64,000 nt of DNA from Abditibacterium sp. (GCA_965199495.1 CBDASK010000003.1:2528001-2592000), one strand, 5' to 3'. Positions 19,111 through 29,323 are shown, counted from the first letter of the stretch. Translations and numbers: made by a program. Notes: generated by a model not told the origin, from the letters alone.

Positions 19111-20891
19111 AACGCATCTCTCGTATCCATAAAGACGAAGCATCGTCGCTCGCAAAGAGCGCCGGGCGCGTTATGCTGGCCAGTTCGTTCTGGTGGTTGG
19201 TGGCGCTGATGTTTTTGGCGGGCGTCGGCTTAATGATTCCCGCGAAAATAAAAATGCCCTTCTGGGTGTTGATGCGCGATACCGATCCGGCAGCCGGATG
19301 GGTTGGCGTCGTCGTTTTGGCGGGCGCGTGGGCGCCATACTCGCGCGTTTCGTGGGATTTCGCGCGCATTTCCTCTTGGATCGAGCGCCATTTGCTCGCG
19401 TTATGTCTGGGAGCGTTCGCGCTTTATGCGGGACTTTCGTTTTGGCCTTATCATCATTATCCGTTGGCGATGGACGAATACGGGCCTTTCATGCAGAGCC
19501 GCGCCTTTGCCGCCGGGCAACTCAGCGCGTGGGTGCCGCCCGATTTGTTGGATTGGGTCATCAGTCATGGATTTCGCGGCGAATTTTTTTCGGTCTCCGA
19601 AAGTAGCGGGCGTTACGTGTCGGTTTATTGGCCCGGTCTGGCGATTTCGCAGGTGCCGTTCGCGCTCATTCATGCGACGTGGCTGTGCAATCCGGCGTGG
19701 GGCGCGCTGGGACTGTGGGGCGTTCACCGGTTGACCAAACGTTTGACGGGTTCGAGCGAAGCGGCGGCCTGGGCGGGGGCGTTGATGTTGGCCTCGCCCG
19801 TCATCGCGATAAATTCCGCCAGCCTTTACGCGATGCCCGCGCATCTGACGTGCAACATTTTTTATTGTCTGTTGTTGCTGCGGGGCGAACGACGCAGCGC
19901 ATTTTGGGCGGGCGTTGTGGGCGGGTTTGCCTTGGTGCTGCACAATCCGGTGCCGCACGCGGCGTTCGCGTTGCCGTGGATCGTTCTCATCGCGCGCAAA
20001 GAGCGGCGTTTGCTGGGGCCGCTGCTGTTGGGCTATTTGGTGCTGGCCCTTCCGCTGGGATTGGGCTGGAGCCTTTTCCTCAAAGACAATTTCGATGCCA
20101 GCAAATTCGCTCATCTGGCGCCATCAAGCGGAGCGTTATCGCCGTTTGCCGAAATCTTGGGTCGCTTGGCGATGTTCGTGAAATGGCCCGATTTTCTATT
20201 GATTATGGCGCGTCTGACCGGAGTTGCCAAAACCGTCATCTGGGCCGTGCCGGGACTTTTAGTGGTGGCGTGGCAGGGCTGGCGCGGCTTGAAAACGGGG
20301 GCGCCCGACGCCAAAATCGACGCGCGCGGATTGCGTTTATTGGCGCTCTCGTTGTTTTGGACTTTCCTGATTTATTGGCTGGTGCCATTCGATCAGGGAC
20401 ACGGTTGGGGATTTCGTTACGTTCATTCCGCGTGGTTTGCTCTTGTCGTTCTGGGCGCGTTATTTATTTCTCGCGCGCCAGAAAAAAGCGCGCTTCGCCC
20501 GTTTTTCGCGGCGCTGTGTGCGCTCAGTTTCGCGGTTCTGTTGCCGTTACGCGCCGGGCAATCCGAAAATTTCATCGCGCTCCATCTCTCGCAAGTGCCC
20601 ACTGCGCCCACTACAGCCACGGCGAACGCCTCGATCACTTTCATTGACCTCAAACACGGTTGGCTGACTTCGGATTTGGTGCAAAACGATCCGTTTTTGC
20701 GCAACGACGATTGGCGCCTCATCAGCCACGGAGAGGCGCGCAACGCACAATTGGCGCGCGAGTATTTAGTGAATCCCAAGCGTGAACAAAACGGCGAGTG
20801 GGGCGAAATCTGGGCGGGTAGCGCATTGCGGCATCCGACAAAAATTAGCCACAGAGTTCCCAGAGAAACACGGAGAGGACGAAGAAATTAA
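19107..20891 (+). CDS. Polytopic membrane glycosyltransferase (GT-C; ArnT/PMT-like)
   Basis: More than 10 TM segments, DE motif after the first TMs (MDEY), YWPG, GFRY; C-terminus reads into a repeat. Confidence 0.7.
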   Translation: MKRISRIHKDEASSLAKSAGRVMLASSFWWLVALMFLAGVGLMIPAKIKMPFWVLMRDTDPAAGWVGVVVLAGAWAPYSRVSWDFARISSWIERHLLALCLGAFALYAGLSFWPYHHYPLAMDEYGPFMQSRAFAAGQLSAWVPPDLLDWVISHGFRGEFFSVSESSGRYVSVYWPGLAISQVPFALIHATWLCNPAWGALGLWGVHRLTKRLTGSSEAAAWAGALMLASPVIAINSASLYAMPAHLTCNIFYCLLLLRGERRSAFWAGVVGGFALVLHNPVPHAAFALPWIVLIARKERRLLGPLLLGYLVLALPLGLGWSLFLKDNFDASKFAHLAPSSGALSPFAEILGRLAMFVKWPDFLLIMARLTGVAKTVIWAVPGLLVVAWQGWRGLKTGAPDAKIDARGLRLLALSLFWTFLIYWLVPFDQGHGWGFRYVHSAWFALVVLGALFISRAPEKSALRPFFAALCALSFAVLLPLRAGQSENFIALHLSQVPTAPTTATANASITFIDLKHGWLTSDLVQNDPFLRNDDWRLISHGEARNAQLAREYLVNPKREQNGEWGEIWAGSALRHPTKISHRVPRETRRGRRN

Positions 20892-20967
20892 AAAAAACAG
20901 AAAGCGATGACTTTCCCCTTTTAATTTCTTCGTCCTCTCCGTGTTTCTCTGGGAACTCTGTGGCTAA
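20845..20967. repeat. Long palindromic element, CACAGAG family, copy 3
   Basis: TTAGCCACAGAGTTCCCAGAGAAACACGGAGAGGACGAAGAAATTAAAA and its exact reverse complement. Confidence 0.95.
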
Positions 20968-20969
20968 AA

Positions 20970-22109
20970 TTATTCGCTCGAAAGCAAATTTAAGATAAAC
21001 GCGTTGAACATCAGCGTCAAACCCATTTCCATCGCCGACGTGGCCACGAACGCCGGATGAACCGTGTTTTCCATCGAAGCGCCCATGTGACCGAGCCAAT
21101 AAGCCAAAATGCCGCCGTCAATCGCCAGCCCGACCAAGAATAAACCTAATCCGCTCACCAACTGTTTTTCCAACGATAATTCGGCGACCCACGCGCCGAC
21201 GCGCGTCTGGGCAAGCCTCGGATGCTTGCGCATCACCACGCGTTTGCCCAACAGCCACAGCATTAACACGTTCCAGCCCAGCATCGCCATCAAACAGGCC
21301 AGCGCCAAAAAGTGTGCGCCCAGATAAAAACCGTTGACGATCTGCGGCCCACTCGCGAGCAACGCCATCAGCAGAAGTCCGGGCAACAAAAGCAACATCG
21401 CTGGCGCCAACAACAGATGGTCGGGCGCATAAGACAAAATGAATTTGAGATGGCGCCAGCCGTCGCGCCACGAGCGCAGATGCGGCGGGCGATTGCGTTT
21501 GTCGGGATAGAGTTTGGTCGGGATTTCGGCGATTTTGAGGCCGTTGCGCGCGGCGCTAATTACCATTTCGGAGGCGAACTCCATGCCCGAAGTTTGCAAC
21601 TTCATGCGTCCATAACCTTCGCGCGTAAAGGCGCGCATGCCGCAGTGAAAATCGCCAATCGGCGCGCGCGAAACGCCGCGTGCGATGAACGACAAAACCG
21701 GATTGCCCAGATAACGATGATGAATCGGCATCGCGCCCGGCTCGATGCCGCCCCTGAAACGGTTGCCCATCACCAAGTCGTTGCCTTCCTGCACTTTGCC
21801 GACGAATTCGCCGATGCAACCCCAATCGTAAGAATCGTCGGCGTCGCCCATCACCACGATTTCGCCGCGCGCGCCTTCGATGCCCGCTTTGAGCGCCGCG
21901 CCATAACCTTTTTCGGGCGCATTGACCACGCGCGCGCCCAGACTTTGCGCGATTTCGACCGAATTATCGGTCGAGCCATTATCAGCCACGACGACTTCGC
22001 CAACGATGCCCAATTGGATAAACGCGTCCTGCGCCTTGCGCACGCACAGCGCCAAAGTTTCTTCTTCGTTCAAACACGGAATAACGGCGGAAACCAAAAT
22101 AGAAGTCAT
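20970..22109 (-). CDS. Glycosyltransferase family 2, polyprenol-phosphate sugar synthase type with C-terminal TMs
   Basis: IPCLNEE, DNGSTD, GYGAAL, MGDAD, DFHCGMR, HLRSWRDGWRHL. Confidence 0.92.
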   Translation of the reverse strand: MTSILVSAVIPCLNEEETLALCVRKAQDAFIQLGIVGEVVVADNGSTDNSVEIAQSLGARVVNAPEKGYGAALKAGIEGARGEIVVMGDADDSYDWGCIGEFVGKVQEGNDLVMGNRFRGGIEPGAMPIHHRYLGNPVLSFIARGVSRAPIGDFHCGMRAFTREGYGRMKLQTSGMEFASEMVISAARNGLKIAEIPTKLYPDKRNRPPHLRSWRDGWRHLKFILSYAPDHLLLAPAMLLLLPGLLLMALLASGPQIVNGFYLGAHFLALACLMAMLGWNVLMLWLLGKRVVMRKHPRLAQTRVGAWVAELSLEKQLVSGLGLFLVGLAIDGGILAYWLGHMGASMENTVHPAFVATSAMEMGLTLMFNAFILNLLSSE

Positions 22110-22269
22110 GAGTGAAATTCTCCTTGCGACTCAGCTTGATATTTTGGTATTTCCACGTTGTTGCCAAACGCTATTTCTCGGCGGCGCGCCGCTTGGGCGC
22201 AAGGAACAAAGGCGCCATTCGCGACGAGCAAAGCGGGCGCAAAAGATGCGGTTGAGCGCGTATCGCGAA

Positions 22270-24330
22270 TCAGGGTTTGATCTCGATTTTCGTTTCGAGC
22301 GCGTTGTTGCCCTCGTCCGATTCTTTGATGCGATTCACATCGTCGGCCAGCGCGCTAATCGTGTGCTGGCCCGCCACGACTTTCCAAGTCGCGCTGCCTT
22401 TTGGCCCATTGTTCGACCTAACCACGACCGATTGGCCCGGCGCGAGTGGCCCACGAAACTCATCCGACCAACAGATGAATTCGCCGTCTACAGTAAACGC
22501 GACGCCATGCGTCAAGTCGGGCGGCGTGGCTGCATTGCCAGCGTTGCGAATCGTCGCCTCGAAATGCGCGTTTTGTCCCATAACATCTTCGCCCGCTACG
22601 AAGCCCACTTTGGTCACGACCAAATCGGCGAACTCGTTTTTGGTTGTCGCGATAATTGTCGCGGGCATCGAGATATTGCCCGCGTTGTCGAAGGCGCGCA
22701 CTTCGTAGGGAGTGCCAGTCGCCGGCGTTAGTTTGTCGTCGGCGAAACTGGTGTTTTGCGCGCGCCCCAATTGCTGACCCAATCGCGAGACGAAATAACC
22801 AGCCACGTCGGCATCAGGCGAGGCTTTCCACGAAATTTTCGCGCTGGTGCCGGTCGTCGTCGCGCTCAAATTTGTTGGAGGAGCGGGCGCGGTGCGATCC
22901 AAATTTGTGCCTGCGGGCGGCAAGGGCGGCACGATGTGAAGCGCGACAATTTCGTCGGGCACATCGAGCGTAAACGAAGCCGCTCTGGAACGAAACAGTC
23001 TGCCGATGATGGGGATTCCGCCCAGATCGAGCGGATTGGGCATTTTCTGCTCGCTCGAAATCAATGGAATCTCACCCAAATTCGGCGTTTTTTGCATAAT
23101 CGGCGGCGCTGATTCGATGATTTGATTATCGCTGATGCGAGTGGCAGAAATCCTCACTTTTTCGCGCGAAAAATTCACCGTCACGCGCGCGGGCGCGTTT
23201 TCGATGGGCGTTTGCGTCGCGGTATTGTAGCTCGAAACTTCGCGCCACAGCAATAAATAAAATGTGCCATCGGCTTTCTGCAATAACGTCGAGCGCACGT
23301 CTTTGGTATCGCCGCTCAAATCGTAATCTAAAGCGCGCGTCGTGAAGTTGGGCGCCGGTTTGTCCCACGTTTTGGCTTGCGCATTCCACCGGGCCTCGCT
23401 TAAAAGCGCGATCAAATTTTTGATGGCGAGATACGCCGGTTTGGGCGTGAAATCGCGACGCACCAAGCCAAAACTCGCTTCGGCGTTGGTGGCTTCATCG
23501 GGGAATTCATCCAGAAATTCGTAGGTAAATGTGCGTTTGATTCCCGCGTTCCAATACGCGGCGAAGTGGCGCGGGAAGTATTTGGCGCCGGTCGCTTCCG
23601 AGATTCCGGGTTGCACGCCCGCGATGGTCTTGTCGGCGCCAGTCGCGGTGTGATAGCCCGATTCGGTGACGACGATGCGCTTGGCAATTTCGCCCGTGCT
23701 TTGCAGACCGCGCGCGTTGACGATGTTGTTATTGATGTCGCCTTCCAGCGAAACCGAGGGCATCTGGCCGCCCGCGTAAGAGTGCATCACCAGAAAATCG
23801 TAGGCATCGAGCGGTTTGAGTTTGCGGTTGGAATCGACGCGCGCCGTCGAGGGCGCGATCACTGGAATGTCGCGCGTCAGAGCGTCGGCCTGGAGCGCGG
23901 CGTAAAGATCGTTTTGATACAATCGCGGGCCATCGGGAAAACCTTTGCCCCGATATTGCGCACTGTTTGGAAAAATATCGACTTCGTTTGGGCCTTCGAT
24001 CATCGCGATCCATTGGCGGCTACTTTTGATCTGCTCGACTTGAGCGGCCACGTCGCCCGGCCCGAAAAGCGTTGTCGTCCTAATCCCATATTTTTCCCAC
24101 AATTCGCGCTCGCGCGGCTGCAAATCGTCGCGCACATGGCGCACGCCCAGTTCGTTTAACAAAGGCGCGGCGCGTTCAAAATCGCCATAAGGCGTGTCGA
24201 GATAGCCCCAATGGGTGGCGACGCCGATGGCATCCACGAAATCGTCGGCGCGTCCGGCGGGAGTTGGCGCGGCCTGAGCGATTTGAATGAGGGCGATTGA
24301 GAGCAAAAGCGCGGATAGAGCGAATTTCAT
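22270..24330 (-). CDS. Secreted clan GH-A glycoside hydrolase with FN3 and CARDB domains
   Basis: Signal peptide; EGPNE and VTESGY catalytic motifs; DRTAPAPPTNL..W..Y FN3; C-terminal CARDB. Confidence 0.8.
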   Translation of the reverse strand: MKFALSALLLSIALIQIAQAAPTPAGRADDFVDAIGVATHWGYLDTPYGDFERAAPLLNELGVRHVRDDLQPRERELWEKYGIRTTTLFGPGDVAAQVEQIKSSRQWIAMIEGPNEVDIFPNSAQYRGKGFPDGPRLYQNDLYAALQADALTRDIPVIAPSTARVDSNRKLKPLDAYDFLVMHSYAGGQMPSVSLEGDINNNIVNARGLQSTGEIAKRIVVTESGYHTATGADKTIAGVQPGISEATGAKYFPRHFAAYWNAGIKRTFTYEFLDEFPDEATNAEASFGLVRRDFTPKPAYLAIKNLIALLSEARWNAQAKTWDKPAPNFTTRALDYDLSGDTKDVRSTLLQKADGTFYLLLWREVSSYNTATQTPIENAPARVTVNFSREKVRISATRISDNQIIESAPPIMQKTPNLGEIPLISSEQKMPNPLDLGGIPIIGRLFRSRAASFTLDVPDEIVALHIVPPLPPAGTNLDRTAPAPPTNLSATTTGTSAKISWKASPDADVAGYFVSRLGQQLGRAQNTSFADDKLTPATGTPYEVRAFDNAGNISMPATIIATTKNEFADLVVTKVGFVAGEDVMGQNAHFEATIRNAGNAATPPDLTHGVAFTVDGEFICWSDEFRGPLAPGQSVVVRSNNGPKGSATWKVVAGQHTISALADDVNRIKESDEGNNALETKIEIKP

Positions 24331-24420
24331 CGGGAGTTTGGAGCGAAAAAACGACGTGAAGTTCTATCGAGAAAAAAGTTGGGAACAAAAAATTAGCATC
24401 GCGCGGTCAGAGCTTCCAAT

Positions 24421-25092
24421 ATGCAGTCAAATAACTTAATTCCGCTCGAAGCGATTCAAATCGCCCAACCGTGCCGCGCCGATTGGCACCGTATGACTGG
24501 CGACGAGCGCGCCCGCTTTTGCGGCAGTTGCCACAAAAATGTCTACGATATTTCGCAAATGACGCGCGACGAAGCCTACGATCTCATCGCCGAAAAAGAG
24601 GGCAATTTATGCTTGCGCTTGCACCGCCGTCCCGATGGAACGGTGATCACTTCGGATTGTCCGGTCGGCATTGCAGCCACGCCGCGTCCGTTGTGGTTCG
24701 GCGTGGCTGCACTGGTGGCCCTGATCGGTTCGGGACTGGCCGGATGTGCCACGCAGAGCGAGACGATGGGCGACATCGCGCCGGTCGCCGCGCTCGACAA
24801 TCGAAAATTGGAAACTCCGCCCGTCGCGCCGGTAAAAGTCGAGACGCCGCGGATGAATTTCGGCAACGTCGAATCGGTGCCTTTTACCAACGGTTCGTCG
24901 AATGAACATTCGAGCGTAACTATGGGCGCGCCGATGATGCCGCAACCGACGCCGAAAAGCACGCCAAAACCGCAACCGACCGATGAGCCGCTGATGGGCA
25001 AACCGACGATGGGCGAGCCGACTTTTCCTCATGCTGCCAATCAAACGACAACGATGGGCGACAGCGCGCCGGTTTATCCGGATGCGCGCTGA
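24421..25092 (+). CDS. Hypothetical protein: Cys-rich N-domain, internal TM/lipobox, Pro/Thr-rich tail with MG repeats
   Basis: PC.ADW..M.GD...RFC..C.KNVYD...LC...R.DG..ITSDC; LAGC after a hydrophobic stretch. Confidence 0.75.
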   Translation: MQSNNLIPLEAIQIAQPCRADWHRMTGDERARFCGSCHKNVYDISQMTRDEAYDLIAEKEGNLCLRLHRRPDGTVITSDCPVGIAATPRPLWFGVAALVALIGSGLAGCATQSETMGDIAPVAALDNRKLETPPVAPVKVETPRMNFGNVESVPFTNGSSNEHSSVTMGAPMMPQPTPKSTPKPQPTDEPLMGKPTMGEPTFPHAANQTTTMGDSAPVYPDAR

Positions 25093-25192
25093 AATTGGTG
25101 TGGCGATTGGAGAAAACAATCAAAACACAACATTGCCGCAATTAGGGCAAACTCTCCGCGTTTGGGGCGTCCCTTGACGCGGAGAATTTTTT

Positions 25193-26323
25193 ATGCCCGC
25201 TCTTCTCGAAAATCCCGTAACTCGAAATATTGACGACATCGCCGACCGCGTTTTCGCCGGAGAACGCCTGACCCGCGAAGACGGTTTGCGTTTGTTCGCG
25301 CATCCCAATCTGGCCGAACTCTCGATGCTCGCCGATCACGTTCGCCAGCGCCAGAATCCCGGCAACGTCGTGACTTATATCGCCGGGCGCAACATCAATT
25401 ATTCCAACGTTTGCTGGGTGCAATGCAAGTTCTGCGCGTTCTACGATTTGCCCGCCTCGAATCAGGGTTATACGCACGGCAAAGAAATTATTTTTCAGAA
25501 AGTGCAGGAAATGGTGGATTTGGGCGGCATCGAAATTCTGCTGCAAGGCGGTTTGAATCCGAAACTCAAGATTGATTATTACGAGGATTTATTCGCTTCG
25601 ATTATGGCAAAGTTTCCCAGCGTGTGGATTCACGGTTTGAGCGTCGCCGAAATTTTATATATCGCCAAAATCTCGCGCATTTCGACCGAAGAGTGTTTGA
25701 TTCGATTGCGCAATGCGGGCCTCAAAACGATTCCGGGCGCGGGCGCCGAAATGCTCGTTGATCGCGTGCGCAAAATCATCGCGCCCTATAAAGATACGAC
25801 GACCGAATGGCTCGACACGATGAAATTGTGGCACCGTCTGGGCGGTTTTTCGACGGTGACGATGATGTATGGCACGGTTGAGACACAAGCCGAGCGTTTG
25901 GAACATATGCTCGCCACGCGCGCCGCGCAGGACGAGTCGTTGGCCAACACAACGGGCGGCTTTACCGCGTTTATCGCGTGGAATTTTCAGCCCGATGGCA
26001 CACCTTTGGGCGACGAAATTCTCGCTGGTAATCCGCACTGGCGCAAAGCGACGGGCTACGATTATCTGCGCACAATCGCCGTCGGGCGTTTGATTTTGGA
26101 TAACATTCCGCATCATCAGGCGAGTTGGGTGACGCAGGGGCCGAAAATTGCGCAAATCGGTTTGGGTTATGGCTTGGATGATTTCGGTTCGACGATGATG
26201 GAAGAAAACGTCGTCTCGGCGACGGGCACCGATTACGTGATGCCGATTTCGGAAATCGAACGGTTAATTTCCGAGGCCGGATACCAGCCACGGCGCCGCG
26301 ATACGTTATATCGGTTGGTTTAA
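25193..26323 (+). CDS. mqnC: Cyclic dehypoxanthine futalosine synthase (radical SAM)
   Basis: RNINYSNVCWVQCKFCAFY, LLQGG, PGAGAE, TMMYG, QASWVTQG, DFGSTMMEENVV. Confidence 0.93.
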   Translation: MPALLENPVTRNIDDIADRVFAGERLTREDGLRLFAHPNLAELSMLADHVRQRQNPGNVVTYIAGRNINYSNVCWVQCKFCAFYDLPASNQGYTHGKEIIFQKVQEMVDLGGIEILLQGGLNPKLKIDYYEDLFASIMAKFPSVWIHGLSVAEILYIAKISRISTEECLIRLRNAGLKTIPGAGAEMLVDRVRKIIAPYKDTTTEWLDTMKLWHRLGGFSTVTMMYGTVETQAERLEHMLATRAAQDESLANTTGGFTAFIAWNFQPDGTPLGDEILAGNPHWRKATGYDYLRTIAVGRLILDNIPHHQASWVTQGPKIAQIGLGYGLDDFGSTMMEENVVSATGTDYVMPISEIERLISEAGYQPRRRDTLYRLV

Positions 26324-26397
26324 AGCGCGCTCTTTTTGGTGGTTTTCGGGACTTGAGTTGTGTTTCGGGAGCGCGCTTTGCAAGTTGTGCGGCTCTC

Positions 26398-27396
26398 ATG
26401 GAATATAATAATCTCGGCGGAAGCGACCTCAAGGTTTCCGCGATTTCTTTCGGCTGTTGGACGATGGGCGGCCTCAACTTTGTGGACGGCAACCCCAACG
26501 GTTGGGCCGATGTAGACGAAGACGAAGTCACGGCGGGCGTGCGCGCCGGTTTGGATGCGGGCGTCACGCACTTCGACAATGCCGACGTTTACGGCAATGG
26601 GCGCGCCGAACGAATGCTGGCGCGCGTTTTCGACAAACTGGGCGTCGCGCCCGATTCCGTGACAGTCGCCACCAAAGTCGGCCATTTTCCCGGCACCGCG
26701 CCACACGCTTACGACGCGCTCCACGTTCGCGGTCAAGCCGAGCAATCGTTGGCGAATCTCAATCGCGAAAGCCTTGACCTCTATTATTTTCATCACGGCA
26801 ACTTTGGCGATGACGATCAATATTTGGAAGGCGCCGTGACAGAAGTGCAGAAAATGGTGGACGAAGGCAAAATTCGCTACGCCGGTTTGTCGGCTTACAG
26901 CGCTGACGATTTCGAGCGCTTGGTGCCGAAAATCAAAAACATCGCGCCCAATTTTCCCCTTGTCGCACTGCAAAGTTGGGCCAACGCGCTCGATTACGAT
27001 TTCATTAAACCCGGCAGTCGCGTGCAAAACGTGATGGACGAGCATAATCTCAGTTACGTCGCGTTTAGCCCGCTCGCGCAGGGACGATTGTTGGACAAGT
27101 TCAACCCCGATAATCCGCCGCAATTCGAGCCGGGCGATCATCGCAAAGGCAGCGACGCTTTCAAGGCCGAAGCGATTGCGAAGTTGCAGCCGAAGTTGGC
27201 GAAACTCAAAGAGCGTTTCGGCGATTCGACGCAGGATTTGGCGAGCATGGCGCTGGGCTTCATTCTGGCGCAACCGCGCGTGGGTTGCGCCATTCCCGGT
27301 TTTCGCAACGAGCGTCAGGCCAAATGCAACGTCGCGGGCGACGGCAAAGCGCTATCGAGCGAAGACGCGCAATTTGTGATTGAGACGCTGAGTTAA
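26398..27396 (+). CDS. Aldo/keto reductase
   Basis: LGGSDLKVS.I.FG, FDNADVYG.G.AE, ATKVG, LDLYYFH, SPLAQG. Confidence 0.92.
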   Translation: MEYNNLGGSDLKVSAISFGCWTMGGLNFVDGNPNGWADVDEDEVTAGVRAGLDAGVTHFDNADVYGNGRAERMLARVFDKLGVAPDSVTVATKVGHFPGTAPHAYDALHVRGQAEQSLANLNRESLDLYYFHHGNFGDDDQYLEGAVTEVQKMVDEGKIRYAGLSAYSADDFERLVPKIKNIAPNFPLVALQSWANALDYDFIKPGSRVQNVMDEHNLSYVAFSPLAQGRLLDKFNPDNPPQFEPGDHRKGSDAFKAEAIAKLQPKLAKLKERFGDSTQDLASMALGFILAQPRVGCAIPGFRNERQAKCNVAGDGKALSSEDAQFVIETLS

Positions 27397-27408
27397 TTTT
27401 GGACGCCC

Positions 27409-27442
27409 AAGGCGGCGTGGCTGGTAGCAGCCACGCCGCCTT
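27409..27442. terminator. Hairpin between convergent genes built from an inverted CGTGGCTG pair
   Basis: AAGGCGGCGTGGCTG-GTAG-CAGCCACGCCGCCTT perfect 15-bp stem. Confidence 0.75.
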
Positions 27443-28562
27443 ATTTAATGCGCCACAGAGTGATTTTGTTCTGTGCAGCGACGGCGAGCGTGTTTCCATC
27501 GGGCGCAAACGCGACCGATTGTGGCACCGGAATCAATTTTGAGTCGCTGGGAAAACTTCGTTCGAGGGCGCCCAATTTCAAATTCATCAATAGAGCTTGA
27601 CCGTCATATGTGCCCAACGCCAACTGCCCGCTATCGGGCGAATAAGAAACGTTAATTATGCCCTGTGTCTGCTCCAAATCCACGATTTGAGACCAAGAAC
27701 AGATCAATTTGCCGCTCTGCGCATCGTGGACATACAGAAATTCGTGATTGCGTGGTTTACCCGCAGGACTATAGGTTTGAACGAAAGCGTGCCCTCCATA
27801 AATTGCCAGCGTTTTGCCATCGGGCGACCAGCGAACGTTCGGCGACCATTGGGCCGCATCTCTATAAGACGGTTGCGCCGTAGCAAATTTTCGCCGCAAC
27901 TTTCCGGTTTGCGCATCTATAAACAAGACGCGGTTTTCTCCAACAATCGCCAACTCGCGATTGTTGGGCGAAAAGGCCAACGCGTTGACTTTGCGCACGC
28001 CAGTGTCAAAATCGGCGTCGGCAATAACGGTTGCCGAGCTGCCCAAATGCACGATTTGATTGGGCAAACCCGTCAAACCGTCATCCCAGGCGGCGCGCTG
28101 ACTATCGGACGAAATGACCCAGTTATAGGACTGCGAATGAAAATTCCATTGTTGCTGCTCGCCGGGCATCGCCCCGATGATACCGTGAGCCGCGCCCGCT
28201 TCCACGTCCCAAAAATCGTGCAATCTCGTTGACGGAAACTGCTCTCTTTTGGTAACGATGGCCGCCGTCTTTCCATTCGCGTCGAGCGACACTCGCCACG
28301 CATTAACAGCGCGCACAGTGAGCGACTCACCGTCCCAATTGCGCGTCTCGAACGGGCCTTTCCATACCACGGAATCGGCACGCGCCAAAAATAAACCGTT
28401 GGGACACCAGAACAAATCGCGATTTCTATTTTGCTGTCCCACTTTTTGAGTCGTCGGCAGATCAATAAAGTGAGGTTGCCACGAACGCAACGCGCGCAGC
28501 GGAATAATCAACGCGAGCGGCAACGCAACGGTGAGAGCGATGAGAATTTTGCGGCGATTCAT
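27441..28562 (-). CDS. Membrane-anchored WD40-repeat protein
   Basis: N-terminal TM; AFSPNN, WSPDGK, YSPDSG and AFAPDG repeats. Confidence 0.85.
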   Translation of the reverse strand: MNRRKILIALTVALPLALIIPLRALRSWQPHFIDLPTTQKVGQQNRNRDLFWCPNGLFLARADSVVWKGPFETRNWDGESLTVRAVNAWRVSLDANGKTAAIVTKREQFPSTRLHDFWDVEAGAAHGIIGAMPGEQQQWNFHSQSYNWVISSDSQRAAWDDGLTGLPNQIVHLGSSATVIADADFDTGVRKVNALAFSPNNRELAIVGENRVLFIDAQTGKLRRKFATAQPSYRDAAQWSPNVRWSPDGKTLAIYGGHAFVQTYSPAGKPRNHEFLYVHDAQSGKLICSWSQIVDLEQTQGIINVSYSPDSGQLALGTYDGQALLMNLKLGALERSFPSDSKLIPVPQSVAFAPDGNTLAVAAQNKITLWRIK

Positions 28563-28564
28563 CT

Positions 28565-29323
28565 TCACAAATTTAACACTTTCTGCCGATACGCCTCGGC
28601 GTTCCAACCGGCGATATATTCGACTTGGTCGTCCGACAAAAACGTCGGGCCGCCCAACGCCGCCGCGCCCAGCCAGATGTGCGCGGCTTTTTCGGCCATT
28701 AACGTCGTCGCCAAAACCGCGTCGGGCGTCTTGCCTAAAGCGATTATTCCGTGATTACCCAGCAAAATCAGACGCGGCACTTGATTCCACTTTTGGCGAA
28801 ACGCCTCGACTTCCTCGCGAATTTTGCGCGCGAGCGGCACGCCCGGATTGATGGTGGGCACCCAAACTGATTGCGCGCCGCAACAGACGATTTCGTCGGG
28901 AAACAATCGCTTGCTCGCAAATTCAGATGCGCGCGGGCTGCAAACGATGGCGTTGACGGCGATGGGATGCGTGTGGCCGACGAAATGAACATCGGGCAAA
29001 CCCAATAAATAGGCGTGAAATAGCGCTTCGGTCGAAGGTTTGCGATCTGATTCAAAAGCGCGCGAGGCTAACAACGCGGTTTCGATTTCGTCATCGGAGA
29101 ATTCGGGATGCTCAAATAATTCCGTAACTTGGGCGCGCCGACAACGAGCCACGCCGCCCGCGTCGAGTGTGGAAAGCGAACTGCCGCTGGCTTTGACGGC
29201 GAACAAATCGTTGTCCAAACGCATCGAGGTGTTGCCCTCGCCCAAAATGGCGAGGCCGCGTTTTTCTTCGCCCAGTTGGTGCGAAAGGTCGAGCAGAGAT
29301 TGAATATTGGATAAGTTCTTCAT
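28565..29323 (-). CDS. Class II aldolase/adducin family protein
   Basis: GEGNTS, KASG, PSTEALFH, HTHP, L.NHG. Confidence 0.9.
   Translation of the reverse strand: MKNLSNIQSLLDLSHQLGEEKRGLAILGEGNTSMRLDNDLFAVKASGSSLSTLDAGGVARCRRAQVTELFEHPEFSDDEIETALLASRAFESDRKPSTEALFHAYLLGLPDVHFVGHTHPIAVNAIVCSPRASEFASKRLFPDEIVCCGAQSVWVPTINPGVPLARKIREEVEAFRQKWNQVPRLILLGNHGIIALGKTPDAVLATTLMAEKAAHIWLGAAALGGPTFLSDDQVEYIAGWNAEAYRQKVLNL

Noticed and set aside
24421..26323. RiPP precursor plus radical SAM maturase
   Set aside because: The radical SAM has clear MqnC motifs, no SPASM or RRE domain, and its pathway partner mqnE is in the window.
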